NCBI GenBank assembly: GCA_034421435.1
Contig: DAOUKJ010000069.1
Coordinates: forward strand, 22,013 to 86,012
Direction: 5' to 3'
DNA length: 64,000 nt
Source of the DNA: Dehalococcoidia bacterium
GTDB lineage: Bacteria; Chloroflexota; Dehalococcoidia; Lucifugimonadales; UBA2985
The position numbers and the translations under genes were made by a program. Shown here piece after piece: positions 63,963 through 64,000 of the stretch (the stretch's first letter is position 1; the number at the start of each line of letters is the position of its first letter). The notes below the pieces were generated by a model. The model was given only the letters and a program-made list of their open reading frames with translations. It searched no databases and was not told the DNA's origin.

Positions 63963-64000
63963 CTATCTCCGTTCGACTGCGGTCGGGTCTGGCCGATGAA

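Overview
This is a high-GC bacterial chromosomal segment with dense coding on both strands. All family calls come from reading the ORF-track translations for motifs; no database search was possible. The gene content and repeat types resemble marine or sponge-associated Chloroflexota, but this taxon guess is unverified.

The backbone is housekeeping:
- folC, fabF, selA, an acetyl-CoA synthetase and trmI
- a proVW-type betaine ABC importer with a TetR gene
- rph, comEA-comEC and the infC-rpmI-rplT operon
- thrB with a split lysC
- archaeal-type PEP carboxylase with trpF-trpB
- a DEAD-box helicase, a metal ABC transporter, hisS and tRNA-Arg(GCG)

Small accessory islets are interspersed: hicBA, vapBC, an orphan HicB-like antitoxin, a PIN gene with an unusually long partner, two retropepsin-like aspartic proteases, and a low-GC thermonuclease islet.

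Main signals worth a second look:
1. An in-frame UGA sits at the peroxidatic-Cys position of a peroxiredoxin. The ORF track splits this gene in two. A SECIS-like hairpin follows the UGA and selA lies 8.5 kb away.
2. About 20 copies of a hairpin repeat (CCCGCTCA...TGAGCGGG) fill most long intergenic gaps. They include a 3 x 103-bp tandem array. A second repeat type (GGGGGAAGGTyAGGATGGGGG) also occurs.
3. A translationally coupled pair, a DUF5678-like small protein plus a retropepsin-like protease, lies next to an orphan HicB.
4. Aspartokinase is cut by an in-frame TGA exactly at the alpha/beta junction.
5. A single-chain double family-III CoA-transferase appears to lack the catalytic Asp in its second half.
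6. A low-GC islet carries a C-terminally anchored SNase nuclease and a small downstream ORF.
7. An adenylase-carrier-acyltransferase triple fusion sits behind an MBL hydrolase.
8. A vapB antitoxin is duplicated in frame (tandem RHH), and each copy has its own leaderless-type promoter.

No CRISPR array, transposase, integrase or rRNA was seen.
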